From assembly GCA_036274475.1 (NCBI GenBank), contig DASUFO010000022.1, forward strand, positions 56,295-120,294: 64,000 nt of DNA, written 5' to 3'. A model generated the notes under the pieces. It was not told the origin of the DNA. It saw only the letters and a program-made list of their open reading frames with translations, and did not search any database. This document shows, piece after piece, positions 48,256-57,520 of the stretch. The position numbers and the translations under genes were made by a program. Each line of letters starts with the position of its first letter. The first letter of the stretch is position 1. The DNA comes from Candidatus Limnocylindrales bacterium (GTDB lineage: Bacteria; Chloroflexota; Limnocylindria; Limnocylindrales; CSP1-4).

Positions 48256-49029
48256 CTGGACCGTCCGCGTGATCCGCTCCCGACGCGCGTTCAGGGCCTT
48301 CCCGACCTCCCTCCCGCGTTCGCGGACGCGCTCGACGACGGGCTGCGGGAGATCGGCGTCGACGTCTCGGGGGCCGCTCGGAGCGCCGTCGAGGCGCACG
48401 CCCGGCTCCTGCTCGCCTGGAACCAATCGATCAACCTGACCGCCGTCCGTGACCCGGTCGAGGTCGCGCGACGGCACATCGTCGACAGCCTCGTCGCCGT
48501 TCCGGAGCTGCGCCGGCTCGGCGTCCGGCGCTACGTCGACATCGGCAGCGGTGGCGGCTATCCCGGCCTCCCGATCGCGGCGGCGCTGCCGGCGGAGCTG
48601 GCGCTCCTCGTCGAGTCGATCGGGAAGAAGGCGTCCTTTCTCGAAACCGCTGCCGAGGCGACCGGCCTCGAGACGCGGGTCCAGGTCGCGGCTCGCCGTG
48701 CCGAGGATCTTGCCGCGGAGCCGGCCCACCGCGAGCGGTGGCCGGCGGTCCTCGCCCGGGCGGTCGGAAGCCTGGCGGAACTCGTCGAGCTGGCATTTCC
48801 GCTTCTCGAGCGGGGCGGCCACCTCGTCGCCTGGAAGGGCGCGCTCGACGGCGAGGAGCTGGCTGCCGGGCGGCGTGCGGTCGGCGCGCTCGGTGGTGGC
48901 CACGTCGCGGTTGTGCCGGCCGCGACGCCCGGCCAGCCGCGGAACCGGCTCGTGATCATGACGAAGCGCGGCGGGACGGCGGCTGAGTACCCGCGCAGCC
49001 CGGCGTCCCGGAAGCGCCGGCCGTGGTAG
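48256..49029 (+). CDS. rsmG: 16S rRNA (guanine527-N7)-methyltransferase RsmG. Not in the supplied ORF track.
   Basis: My own translation of the frame with codon starts at 1 mod 3 gives LLLAWNQSINLTAVRDPVEVARRHIVDSL, YVDIGSGGGYPGLPIA and LVAWKG, ending in TAG at 49027-49029. The frame has no ATG/GTG/TTG between the TGA at 48097 and the GTG at 48913. The CTG at 48256 lies 5 nt after AGGAGGAG. Confidence 0.8.
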   Translation: MDRPRDPLPTRVQGLPDLPPAFADALDDGLREIGVDVSGAARSAVEAHARLLLAWNQSINLTAVRDPVEVARRHIVDSLVAVPELRRLGVRRYVDIGSGGGYPGLPIAAALPAELALLVESIGKKASFLETAAEATGLETRVQVAARRAEDLAAEPAHRERWPAVLARAVGSLAELVELAFPLLERGGHLVAWKGALDGEELAAGRRAVGALGGGHVAVVPAATPGQPRNRLVIMTKRGGTAAEYPRSPASRKRRPW

Positions 49030-49117
49030 GCGCCGTCTCCGGAATGACTCGCATGCGACACATCGGCCGCCGCGAGGCCGACCCGACCGCGACCGACCGC
49101 GCTGCTAGGCTCTGAGC

Positions 49118-49840
49118 GTGCGCGTCGCCGTCCTGTCGGACATCCATGCGAACCTTGTCGCGCTCGACGCGGTCCTCGGCTCGATCGGCACGGTCGACGC
49201 GGTCTGGCATCTCGGGGACGTCGTCGGCTACGGGCCGGACCCCGATGGTGTTGTCGGCCGGCTCATGGAGATCGGCGCCGTCGGCGTCCGCGGCAACCAC
49301 GACGCGGCTGCGGCGGGCGGCGACGAGATCGACTGGTTCAATCCCGATGCCCGCGCCGCCATGGAATGGACGAGGACGCGGATCAGTGACACGACGCGCG
49401 CGTGGCTTGCCAACCTTCCGGAGCGGCACGCCCAGGACGGCTTCGGGCTCGTCCATGGCAGTCCCCGCGAGCCGCTCTGGGAGTACATCGTGTCGGTCCC
49501 GATCGCCCGAGCGAACCTGGCGCTGCTGACGACCGACGTCGGGCTGTACGGTCACACGCACCTGCCGATGGTCTACGCCGAGCGCAACGGCACCGTCGAG
49601 CAGATCGAACCGGCCGACGGCTCGACGTTCTCGCTCGCCGGCCGAAAGGCGCTGCTCAACCCGGGCAGCGTCGGCCAGCCGCGTGACGGGATCCCGACGG
49701 CCGGCCACATGGTCATCGACACCGATGCCGAGCGGTGCACCTGGCACCGGACGCCCTACGACGTCGCCGCCGTGCAGGCGGCAATGGTCGACGCCGGCTT
49801 GCCAGATCGGCTCGTGCAACGCCTGTCGTACGGGCTTTGA
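49118..49840 (+). CDS. Metallophosphoesterase (YfcE/MJ0936-like)
   Basis: Motifs: VAVLSDIHAN, LGDVVGYGP, VRGNHD, GHTH. Confidence 0.88.
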   Translation: MRVAVLSDIHANLVALDAVLGSIGTVDAVWHLGDVVGYGPDPDGVVGRLMEIGAVGVRGNHDAAAAGGDEIDWFNPDARAAMEWTRTRISDTTRAWLANLPERHAQDGFGLVHGSPREPLWEYIVSVPIARANLALLTTDVGLYGHTHLPMVYAERNGTVEQIEPADGSTFSLAGRKALLNPGSVGQPRDGIPTAGHMVIDTDAERCTWHRTPYDVAAVQAAMVDAGLPDRLVQRLSYGL

Positions 49841-49856
49841 CCACGATGATGCCCCG

Positions 49857-51866
49857 ATGATCGGTGGCCGCCGGCCGATCCAGGGCCGGAAGCTCGGCGA
49901 CAAGCGCATCCGCGTCGATCGGCCCCACGCCGCCTACTTCCGCTGGACGGGGCCCGGCCAGCTCACCGCGAAGGAGTCCGCGAGCGGCCCAACGACCGGA
50001 CGCGGCCGCGCCTGGGCCCGGGTCAAGTCCTGGTTCATCGGCCGGCCGCTCGCATCGGAGGAGGAGCTCGGTGAGCGGCTGTCCAAGAAGAAGGCCCTCG
50101 CGATCTTCAGCTCCGACGCGATCAGCTCGTCGGCCTACGCCACCGAGGAGATCCTCCGGGCGCTGCTCGTCGGCGGCGTGGCGGCGCTCGCGTTCGCCAT
50201 GGAGATCAGCATCGGGATCGCGATCCTGCTGATCGCCGTCGCCATCTCGTACCGCCAGGTGTGCATCGCCTACCCGACCGGCGGTGGCAGCTACTCCGTC
50301 TCGAAGCGGAACTTCGGCTGGCGGACATCGCTCGTGGCGGCGTCGGCCCTGATGATCGACTACGTCATGACGGTCGCGGTGTCGACCTCGTCGGCCGTCG
50401 AACAGATCGTCTCGGCGTTCCCGATCCTCCACGACGAGCGGGTCATCATCGGAGTCGCCGCGATCGCGCTGATCACGATCGGCAACCTCCGCGGGATCCG
50501 CGAGGCGGGCAACATCTTCGCGATCCCGACGTACCTGTTCGTGTTCTCGGCCCTGCTGATGATCGGGATCGGGACATTCCGGATCATCGTCCTCGGCGAC
50601 GGTGGTGTCGCGCCCCAGGTCGTCGAGCAGAGCGCCCAGGCGGTCGAGACGGTCTCGATCATCCTCATCCTGCGGGCCTTCGCCTCGGGTGCGGTCGCGC
50701 TGACGGGCACCGAGGCGATCGCGACCGGCGTCCCGGCCTTCCAGCCGCCGGAGGCGAAGAACGCGGCGACGACCCTCGCCGTGATGGCCGGGCTGCTGGG
50801 TGTGCTGTTCATCGGCATCACGTTCCTCGCGACGCAGTTCGGCATCATCCCGATCGACGAGCCCCAGCGGCAGACCGTGATCAGCCAGGTCGCAGCCGTC
50901 GTCTTCGGAGCGGGAACGATCCCGTTCCTGCTGTTCCAGGCGTTCACCGCCGTCCTGCTCTTCCTGGCGGCGAACACGAGCTTCGCCGCGTTCCCGCGCC
51001 TGCTCGCGATCCTTGCCCAGGACGGGTTCATGCCGCGCCAGTTCTCGTTCCGGGGCGACCGCCTCGCGTTCTCGTGGGGGATCGTCGTCCTCGCCACGAT
51101 CGCCGCATCACTGATCATCGTCGCCCAGGGCGAGACCCACCTCCTGATCCCGCTCTACGCGGTCGGCGTGTTCATCGATTTCACGATCAGCCAGACCGGC
51201 ATGATCAGGCACTGGCGCCGGGAGCGGTCGCCGGGCTGGCGCCGGCGGCTCTCGATCAACGCATTTGGTGCCGTCCTGACCGCGATCGTCGCGGTCGTCG
51301 TGACGCTCGCGAAGGCGCCGCCGTCGCTGCTCGTGCTCGTGCTGATCCCGGTGCTCGTCGGGGTGATGACGTTCATCCGCCGCCAGTACGACGGCCAGGA
51401 GGCGGAGCTCCACGTCCGCGACGACCTCGTGATCGAAGGCGCTCACCGCGAGCAGCGCGTCGTCATTCCGGTGAACGGCATCAACCGGGCGGTCGTCCAG
51501 GCCGTCGTCTTCGGGCGGACGCTCGCGGATGACGTGCGGGCCGTCTATGTGACCGAGGATCCGGAGGCCGGCGAGGAGCTGCGGAAGCGCTGGGAGCGCC
51601 AGTTTCCCGGCGTTCCGCTCGTCATCGTCGAGTCGCCATACCGGGCGCTGATCGGTCCCGTCACCGCGTATCTCGACGTCCTCGACCTGGCCTGGCCGCC
51701 CGACAAGCCCGCCCCGATCACGATCGTCGTCCTGCCCGAGTACGTCGCCCGGCATTGGTGGGATCGCCTCCTGTACAACCAGTCGGCCAAACGGCTGAAG
51801 GCGGCGCTCGTCGGACGCGAGCACACGGTCATCGCGGACGTGCCCTATCGACGAGGCAGCCACTGA
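49857..51866 (+). CDS. APC-superfamily permease with a roughly 220-aa cytoplasmic C-terminal domain
   Basis: Internal ATG at 49857. Motif LSKKKALAIFSSDAISSSAYATEEIL, about 12 hydrophobic helices, then a soluble tail (VVIPVNGINRAVVQAV..VYVTEDPE..). Confidence 0.85.
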   Translation: MIGGRRPIQGRKLGDKRIRVDRPHAAYFRWTGPGQLTAKESASGPTTGRGRAWARVKSWFIGRPLASEEELGERLSKKKALAIFSSDAISSSAYATEEILRALLVGGVAALAFAMEISIGIAILLIAVAISYRQVCIAYPTGGGSYSVSKRNFGWRTSLVAASALMIDYVMTVAVSTSSAVEQIVSAFPILHDERVIIGVAAIALITIGNLRGIREAGNIFAIPTYLFVFSALLMIGIGTFRIIVLGDGGVAPQVVEQSAQAVETVSIILILRAFASGAVALTGTEAIATGVPAFQPPEAKNAATTLAVMAGLLGVLFIGITFLATQFGIIPIDEPQRQTVISQVAAVVFGAGTIPFLLFQAFTAVLLFLAANTSFAAFPRLLAILAQDGFMPRQFSFRGDRLAFSWGIVVLATIAASLIIVAQGETHLLIPLYAVGVFIDFTISQTGMIRHWRRERSPGWRRRLSINAFGAVLTAIVAVVVTLAKAPPSLLVLVLIPVLVGVMTFIRRQYDGQEAELHVRDDLVIEGAHREQRVVIPVNGINRAVVQAVVFGRTLADDVRAVYVTEDPEAGEELRKRWERQFPGVPLVIVESPYRALIGPVTAYLDVLDLAWPPDKPAPITIVVLPEYVARHWWDRLLYNQSAKRLKAALVGREHTVIADVPYRRGSH

Positions 51867-51900
51867 CCGTCGCGACCCCGACGGCGTCGCGCCGACGGGA

Positions 51901-52416
51901 GTGGAGGCGATCTCGCAGACGGCGAGCCGCGGGACGGGCGGTGGTATCGTTCCGGCCGTGCCAGAGGCTCATCCGCCGCCGTTCTCGCGGGCGGTGCTTG
52001 CACTGAACGGCGGGACGAGCGACGAGCTCATTCTTCGTCTCGCGACCGCGATGGCGAGGGGCACCGACGCCGAGCTGATCGCGGTCCACGTGGTCGAGGT
52101 CGACTGGACGCTCCCGATCGACGCGGACATCGCCGGCAACTCGGAGGAGGCTCAGCGCGTGCTCGACATGGCCGAATCCGAAGCGGAAGACGCGAAGGTC
52201 CGGCTCGAGCCGGTGCTGCTCCAGGCCCGCGACGTCGGGGCGGCCATCGTCGACGAGGCGAGCGAGCGGGCGGCCGACCTGCTCGTCGCCGGCCTGCCGT
52301 ACAAGAAGCGGTTTGGTGGCGACTTCGCGATCGGCCAGACGGTTCCGTACCTGCTGAAAAATGCGCCGTGCGCCGTGTGGGTGGTGCGCGAGCCGATTCC
52401 CGAGGAGCAACCGTGA
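51901..52416 (+). CDS. Universal stress protein family
   Basis: Motifs: AVLALNGGTSDE, LIAVHVVEV, LLVAGLPYKKRFGG..GQTVPYLLKNAPCAVWVV. Start at the GTG at 51901 or 51958. Confidence 0.8.
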   Translation: MEAISQTASRGTGGGIVPAVPEAHPPPFSRAVLALNGGTSDELILRLATAMARGTDAELIAVHVVEVDWTLPIDADIAGNSEEAQRVLDMAESEAEDAKVRLEPVLLQARDVGAAIVDEASERAADLLVAGLPYKKRFGGDFAIGQTVPYLLKNAPCAVWVVREPIPEEQP

Positions 52417-52973
52417 AGATCGTGATCGTCGGCTGCGGCCGGGTGGGAGCCGTCCTGGCGGGCGACTTCGATGCGGCCGGGCACGACGTGGTCGTGCTCG
52501 ACCTGGTGACCGAGGCGTTCGATCGGCTTCCGTCGGGCTTCGGCGGGTCCGCGGTCCGCGGCGACGGCACGGACGAGGACATCCTGCGCCGCGCCGGCAC
52601 CGAAGGCGCCGATGTCTTCATCGCGATGACGGAGGGCGACAACCGCAACGTGATGGCGGCCCAGCTCGCACACGAGGCGCTTGGCGTCAGGCGGGTGATC
52701 GCGAAGATCAACGATCCGGTCCGCGCCGAGGCCTACGCCGACCTCGGGATCGCGACGGTGTGTCGGACGAACCTGATCTCGGACGCCGTGAACGCCTACC
52801 TGGGGCTGCCGGTCACGAGTCGTGCCGGCGTTCTCGCGCCGACGGGCAGCCATCCCGGCGGCGAACACCATCGGATCGACGGTGAGCCGGACGCCGGTCC
52901 CGTGACGTCCGGCGCGGCCCGCGAAGCCCCGAGGGCGCAGCCGGCGTCGTTCGCGGGCCCGGCGGAGGGCTGA
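52413..52973 (+). CDS. trkA: TrkA-N (RCK N-terminal, NAD-binding) protein with disordered C-terminal tail
   Basis: GTG at 52413 (GTGA overlap). Rossmann motif KIVIVGCGRVGAVLA. Confidence 0.85.
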   Translation: MKIVIVGCGRVGAVLAGDFDAAGHDVVVLDLVTEAFDRLPSGFGGSAVRGDGTDEDILRRAGTEGADVFIAMTEGDNRNVMAAQLAHEALGVRRVIAKINDPVRAEAYADLGIATVCRTNLISDAVNAYLGLPVTSRAGVLAPTGSHPGGEHHRIDGEPDAGPVTSGAAREAPRAQPASFAGPAEG

Positions 52974-52976
52974 GCG

Positions 52977-53654
52977 ATGTTCGTGCTGGTCGTCGGCGGC
53001 GGCAAGGTGGGCTATTACCTCACGAAGGAGCTCATCGAGTCCGGCCACGAGGTCGTGCTCATGGAGAAGGAGAAGTCGCGGGCGACCCAGATCGCCGACG
53101 AGATCGGATCGGTCGTGATCGCCCATGACGGCTGCGAGGGCAAGTACCTCGCCGAGGCCGGCGCGAACCGCGCCGATATCGTCGCGGCGGTCACGGGCGA
53201 CGACGAGGACAACCTCGTGATCTGCCAGATGGCAAAGCACCACTTCGACGTGCCGCGGACGATCGCCCGCGTCAACAACCCCAAGAACGAGGACCTGTTC
53301 AAGCACCTCGGGGTCGACGAGCTGATCAGCCCGACCCGGATGATCCTCGGCTCGATCGAGCAGGACATCCCGGTCCACGAGCTGCTCCACCTGGCGGCGC
53401 TGGGCGAGGGCGAGCTCGAGCTCATCGAGGCCCACCTCCAGGGCGGGTCACCGGCGATCGGCAAGGCCGCCCAGGAGCTGTCGATCCCCGAGGGGTGCTC
53501 GCTGTTCGCCGTGATCCGGGATGGCGTCGCCACTCCCCTTGGACCCGACACGGTGCTCCAGGAGGGCGACAAGGTCATCGCCATCGGCCGCGAAGACTGC
53601 CAGGCGACGCTCCACGAGCAGCTGATCGGCGCAGAGGGCGCGGCTGCGGGCTGA
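52977..53654 (+). CDS. trkA: TrkA-type RCK protein (TrkA-N plus TrkA-C)
   Basis: Motif FVLVVGGGKVGYYL, plus a C-terminal TrkA-C-like segment ELIEAHLQGGSPAIGKA..LQEGDKVIAIG. Confidence 0.88.
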   Translation: MFVLVVGGGKVGYYLTKELIESGHEVVLMEKEKSRATQIADEIGSVVIAHDGCEGKYLAEAGANRADIVAAVTGDDEDNLVICQMAKHHFDVPRTIARVNNPKNEDLFKHLGVDELISPTRMILGSIEQDIPVHELLHLAALGEGELELIEAHLQGGSPAIGKAAQELSIPEGCSLFAVIRDGVATPLGPDTVLQEGDKVIAIGREDCQATLHEQLIGAEGAAAG

Positions 53655-53935
53655 GACATTGGCGTCCCGCGTGCGCGCGGGCGGCCTTTGACGCCCCGAG
53701 GCGCGACACCATGCCCAATACGGCTCACGAACGTGGTACGGCGCTGCTACGGGCCGGAAGGTGCCTTACACCGCCGCCGACCATGCAAGGGAACTTCTCC
53801 ACGCTCGACGCGGCTTCGACCGCGGGATCACTCGCTCCATAGCACCGTTGTCAGCCGTAGTAGGGAACTTGCGGGCCCGAATCCGACGCCCCGGCGCCCG
53901 CCGGCGGCGCCTCGAAACCTTAACGTTCAGTAATG

Positions 53936-53965
53936 TTGACAATGCCATTGTCAAGGTTCTAGCAT
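53936..53965 (+). promoter_or_regulatory. hsp20 promoter with overlapping palindromic operator
   Basis: TTGACAAT-GCC-ATTGTCAA (53936-53954), perfect 8-bp arms. The TTGACA doubles as the -35 element. After an 18-nt spacer comes TAGCAT (53960-53965). The region is AT-rich relative to the rest of the window. Confidence 0.55.
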
Positions 53966-54020
53966 CCGGTTGTGCCCGGAAACGTGGCACCGACTACATC
54001 GCAGCAGGAGGTACGGATCC

Positions 54021-54527
54021 ATGACGATCACGCGCCGCCCGTCGCCGTTTGGCGAGCTGCTTTCGCTCCGCACGGCGATGGACCGACTTTTCGAGGACAG
54101 CTTCGTCCGACCAACCGCCTGGTTCTCACCCGGCGCTCTCGAGGCTCAGTTTCCGCTCGACGTCCGGGTGACCGGCGACGAGCTTGTCGTCGAGGGCCAG
54201 CTTCCCGGGGTGAAGTCCGAGGATGTCGACATCACGATCGAGAACGGCCGTCTCACGATCCATGCCGAGACGAAGGGCGACGAGGAAAGCCAGGACGGTG
54301 ACTTCCTCGTCCGCGAGATTCGTCGCGGCTCGTTTACCCGGAGCGTCACGCTCCCGACGGGCCTGGAGGCGGACAAGGCCACCGCATCGTTCGAGGATGG
54401 CGTCCTGAGCCTCCGCATCCCCAAGGCGGAGCAGGTGAAGCCCCGCCAGGTCCGCATCACCCCGTCGAGCAATGGCAACACCGACAAGCCGGCGATCAAC
54501 GCGACCGCCAGCCGCGACAGCGTCTGA
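54021..54527 (+). CDS. Hsp20/alpha-crystallin small heat-shock protein
   Basis: The ATG at 54021 follows AGGAGG. ACD motifs: PLDVRVTGDELVVEGQLPGVKSEDVDITIENGRLTI, ASFEDGVLSLRIPK. Confidence 0.9.
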   Translation: MTITRRPSPFGELLSLRTAMDRLFEDSFVRPTAWFSPGALEAQFPLDVRVTGDELVVEGQLPGVKSEDVDITIENGRLTIHAETKGDEESQDGDFLVREIRRGSFTRSVTLPTGLEADKATASFEDGVLSLRIPKAEQVKPRQVRITPSSNGNTDKPAINATASRDSV

Positions 54528-54537
54528 CACCCACGAC

Positions 54538-54903
54538 ATGGGATACGGCAGGGACGACCGAGACCCGCGCCGGCCGGTCTACGTCATCAGCGTGGCGGCC
54601 GGCATCGTCTCCGTCCATCCGCGGACGCTGCGGATCTACGAGGACGAGGGCCTGGTCTGCCCTGCCCGCACCCCGACCAACATCCGGCTCTACAGCGAGG
54701 AAGACATTCGCCGCATCCAGTGGATCAGGCACCTGACCCGCGACCGCGGCGTGAATCTCGCCGGGATCAAGATCCTGTTCGAGCTCGAAGAGCGGCTCGG
54801 CAAGCGCATTCTCGAGGCGCTCTACGACGAGGGCATGCGCAATCGCAAGGCGTCCGAAGACGCCGCACCGGAACAGGCCGCCGAACGGAAGACGGCCGGT
54901 TGA
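54538..54903 (+). CDS. hspR: MerR-family heat-shock regulator (HspR-like)
   Basis: Internal ATG at 54538. Motif: VYVISVAAGIVSVHPRTLRIYEDEGLVCPART..RLYSEEDIRRIQWI. Confidence 0.82.
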   Translation: MGYGRDDRDPRRPVYVISVAAGIVSVHPRTLRIYEDEGLVCPARTPTNIRLYSEEDIRRIQWIRHLTRDRGVNLAGIKILFELEERLGKRILEALYDEGMRNRKASEDAAPEQAAERKTAG

Positions 54904-54972
54904 CATGAATTCGACCACTTCACGGCGGCTCGTCCGTCACCCATCATTGCCCCGCACGACAGGAGACACCTG

Positions 54973-57468
54973 ATGCCGAAGCGAGCGTCCCAGCCGGACG
55001 ACTCCCCTCCCACCCGAGCAGCGACGCTCGAACTTCCGCTCGTCGCGCTGCGCGAAACCGTCATCTTCCCGGAGATGATCGTGCCGCTCCAGGTCGGCCG
55101 CGAGAAGAGCGTGGCTGCGCTCAACGCCGCCGTCGCCGAAGGCGGTCCGATCGCTCTCGTCACCCAGCGTCAGGCCGAGCAGGAGGACATCAGCGACACG
55201 TCCGAGCTCTACGGCGTCGGTACGCTGGCCAAGATCGCCCAGGTCGTGCAGCTCCAGGACGGCACCGTCAGGGCGATCGTCCAGGGCCAGTCGCGGCTGC
55301 GGCTCCATCGGTTCTCGGAGACGGACCCCTACCTGCGCGGCGTCGTCGAGGAGCTGTCCGACGACACGCCGGCCGGCGTCGAGGTCCAGGCCCTGATGCG
55401 CACCGTCCAGGGCCAGATCGAGCAGTACGTCGCGAACGGCGCGCCGGTCCCGCCTGAGGCAGCGGTCGCCGCCCGCAACATCACCGAGGCCGGGCTGCTG
55501 GCCGACATGGTCGCCTACAGCCCCGACATGACCACCGAACAGCGCCAGGAGCTGCTCGAGACGATCGACGTCGTCGAGCGCCTGAAGCTGGTCAGCAACT
55601 TCCTCGCCCGCCAGATCGAGATCCTCGAGCTGAAGGGTCGGATCCAGTCCGAAGTCAAGTCGGAGATGGACAAGACCCAGCGCGAGTACATCCTGCGGGA
55701 GCAGCTGAAGGCCATTCAGCGCGAGCTCGGCGAGGACGACCCGCAGCAGGCCGAGATCAACGAGCTGCGCGAGAAGGTCGACGCGGCCGGCATGCCGGAG
55801 GAGATCAAGACCCGGGCGATCAAGGAGATCGACCGGATGTCGCGGATCCCCTCGGCCAGCCCCGAGGTCGGCGTCATCCGGACGTACGTCGACTGGCTGA
55901 TCGGCCTGCCGTGGAACACCTCCACGGACGACCTTCTCGACATCAAGGAAGCTGCGAAGATCCTCGACGAGGACCACTACGGCCTCGAGAAGATCAAGGA
56001 GCGGATCCTCGAATACCTCGCGGTCCGGTCGCTCGCCGACCAGATCCGCAGCCCGATCCTCGCATTCGTCGGCCCGCCCGGCGTCGGCACGACGTCGCTC
56101 GGCAAGAGCGTCGCGCGGGCGATGGGCCGCAAGTTCGTCCGGATGAGCCTCGGCGGCATCCACGACGAGGCCGAGATCCGGGGTCACCGCCGGACCTATA
56201 TCGGCGCGCTGCCCGGCCGGATCATCCAGTCGATCAAGACGGCCGGCTCGAACAACCCGGTCTTCATGCTCGACGAGGTCGACAAGATCGGCATGGACTT
56301 CCGGGGCGACCCGTCGTCCGCGCTGCTCGAGGTCCTCGATCCGGAGCAGAACAACACGTTCCAGGACAACTACCTGGAGGTGCCGTTCGACCTGAGCAAG
56401 GTGCTGTTCATCGCGACCGGCAACCTGCTCGACCCGATCCCCGCGCCGCTCCGCGACCGGATGGAGATCATCCAGCTCCCCGGCTACACCGAGCAGGAGA
56501 AGATCGAGATCGGCAAGCGGTTCCTCATCCCCAAGCAGATGACGAATCACGGCCTGACCGAGAAGACCGTCGAGATCACGGACGAGGCGATGACCGAGCT
56601 CGTCCGCTCCTACACCAAGGAGGCGGGCGTCCGGAACCTCGAGCGCGAGATCGCGAACGTCATGCGCAAGGTCGCCCGTTCCGTGGCGGAGGGCCGCAAG
56701 CGCAAGACCGTGGTCGACCTCAAGAAGCTCACCGACTACCTCGGCCCGCCGCGGTTCGAGTACGGCGAGCTGGAGGAGGTTGACCAGACGGGCTCCGCGA
56801 CCGGCCTGGTCGTGACCGAAGTGGGTGGCGATGTGATCGCGATCGAGGTCACGACGATGGAAGGCAAGGAGGACTTCATCCTGACGGGCCAGCTCGGCGA
56901 CGTCATGCGGGAGTCCGCCCGGGCGGGGCTCAGCTGGACGCGGGCGCATGCCCAGGAGCTGGGCATCCCGCGCGAGACGTTCGAGAAGAACACGCTCCAC
57001 ATCCACGTTCCGGCGGGCGGCATCCCCAAGGACGGCCCTTCGGCCGGCATCACGATGGCGACCGCGGTCGTCAGCGCGCTGGCGAAGATCCCCGTCCGCA
57101 AGGACGTCGCGATGACCGGCGAGATCACGCTCCGCGGTCGGGTCCTCCCGATCGGTGGGCTGAAGTCGAAGATCCTCGCGGCGCACCTCGCCGGGGCGAA
57201 GACCGTGATCCTGCCGCGCAAGAACGAGAAGGACCTGCGGGACATCCCCGAGGAGATCCGCAAGTCGATGAAGCTCGTCCTCGTCGACTCGATGGACCAG
57301 GTGCTCGAGGCGGCCCTCCGGCGCAAGCCGAAGGCGCTGATCACCGAGCCGCCGAAGGTCGTGAAGCCGGGCGACGAGCCGAGCGACAAGCCCGAGCGCG
57401 AGGAGCGCGTCCGCCGGACGCCGTTCCCGCCGGCGGAGCAGCCGCCCGTCGTCGTTCGGGGCACGTAG
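54973..57468 (+). CDS. lon: ATP-dependent Lon protease (LonA)
   Basis: N-domain [16 protein letters not shown]-loop region [13 protein letters not shown], Walker [10 protein letters not shown], protease Ser in KDGPSAGI and Lys in PIGGLKSK. Confidence 0.93.
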   Translation: MPKRASQPDDSPPTRAATLELPLVALRETVIFPEMIVPLQVGREKSVAALNAAVAEGGPIALVTQRQAEQEDISDTSELYGVGTLAKIAQVVQLQDGTVRAIVQGQSRLRLHRFSETDPYLRGVVEELSDDTPAGVEVQALMRTVQGQIEQYVANGAPVPPEAAVAARNITEAGLLADMVAYSPDMTTEQRQELLETIDVVERLKLVSNFLARQIEILELKGRIQSEVKSEMDKTQREYILREQLKAIQRELGEDDPQQAEINELREKVDAAGMPEEIKTRAIKEIDRMSRIPSASPEVGVIRTYVDWLIGLPWNTSTDDLLDIKEAAKILDEDHYGLEKIKERILEYLAVRSLADQIRSPILAFVGPPGVGTTSLGKSVARAMGRKFVRMSLGGIHDEAEIRGHRRTYIGALPGRIIQSIKTAGSNNPVFMLDEVDKIGMDFRGDPSSALLEVLDPEQNNTFQDNYLEVPFDLSKVLFIATGNLLDPIPAPLRDRMEIIQLPGYTEQEKIEIGKRFLIPKQMTNHGLTEKTVEITDEAMTELVRSYTKEAGVRNLEREIANVMRKVARSVAEGRKRKTVVDLKKLTDYLGPPRFEYGELEEVDQTGSATGLVVTEVGGDVIAIEVTTMEGKEDFILTGQLGDVMRESARAGLSWTRAHAQELGIPRETFEKNTLHIHVPAGGIPKDGPSAGITMATAVVSALAKIPVRKDVAMTGEITLRGRVLPIGGLKSKILAAHLAGAKTVILPRKNEKDLRDIPEEIRKSMKLVLVDSMDQVLEAALRRKPKALITEPPKVVKPGDEPSDKPEREERVRRTPFPPAEQPPVVVRGT

Positions 57469-57483
57469 GGATTCGACGCACTG

Positions 57484-57509
57484 CGAGGCCGGCGGAGACG
57501 CCGGCCTCG
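57484..57509 (+). terminator. GC-rich hairpin between lon and the J-protein gene (no U-tract)
   Basis: cgaggccggcg / cgccggcctcg form an 11-bp stem with loop gaga. The 3' arm abuts the GGAGG Shine-Dalgarno site of the next gene. Confidence 0.35.
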
Positions 57510-57520
57510 GAGGCTCTCTG

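Noticed and set aside
47173-48903. 576-aa minus-strand ORF covering the kinase 3' end, the intergenic region and rsmG
   Set aside because: The translation is Arg/Ser/Pro-rich with no domains. It spans an obviously non-coding DnaA-box region and is antisense to two genes with clear motifs. Accepting it would hide the real rsmG.
53655-54020. Canonical HAIR element (CTTGAGT-N7-ACTCAAG) upstream of hsp20
   Set aside because: I found no match to the HAIR consensus. Only the different TTGACAAT/ATTGTCAA palindrome is present.
54937-57186. 749-aa minus-strand ORF opposite lon. Similar ORFs: 58737..60950 opposite clpB, 17010..18884, 13590..15893, 8768..10507, 37350..38720, 38615..39817 and 21939..23582.
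   Set aside because: All are antisense to genes with strong family motifs. Their composition is Arg/Asp/Gly/Leu-biased, as expected from reverse-complemented GC3-rich codons.
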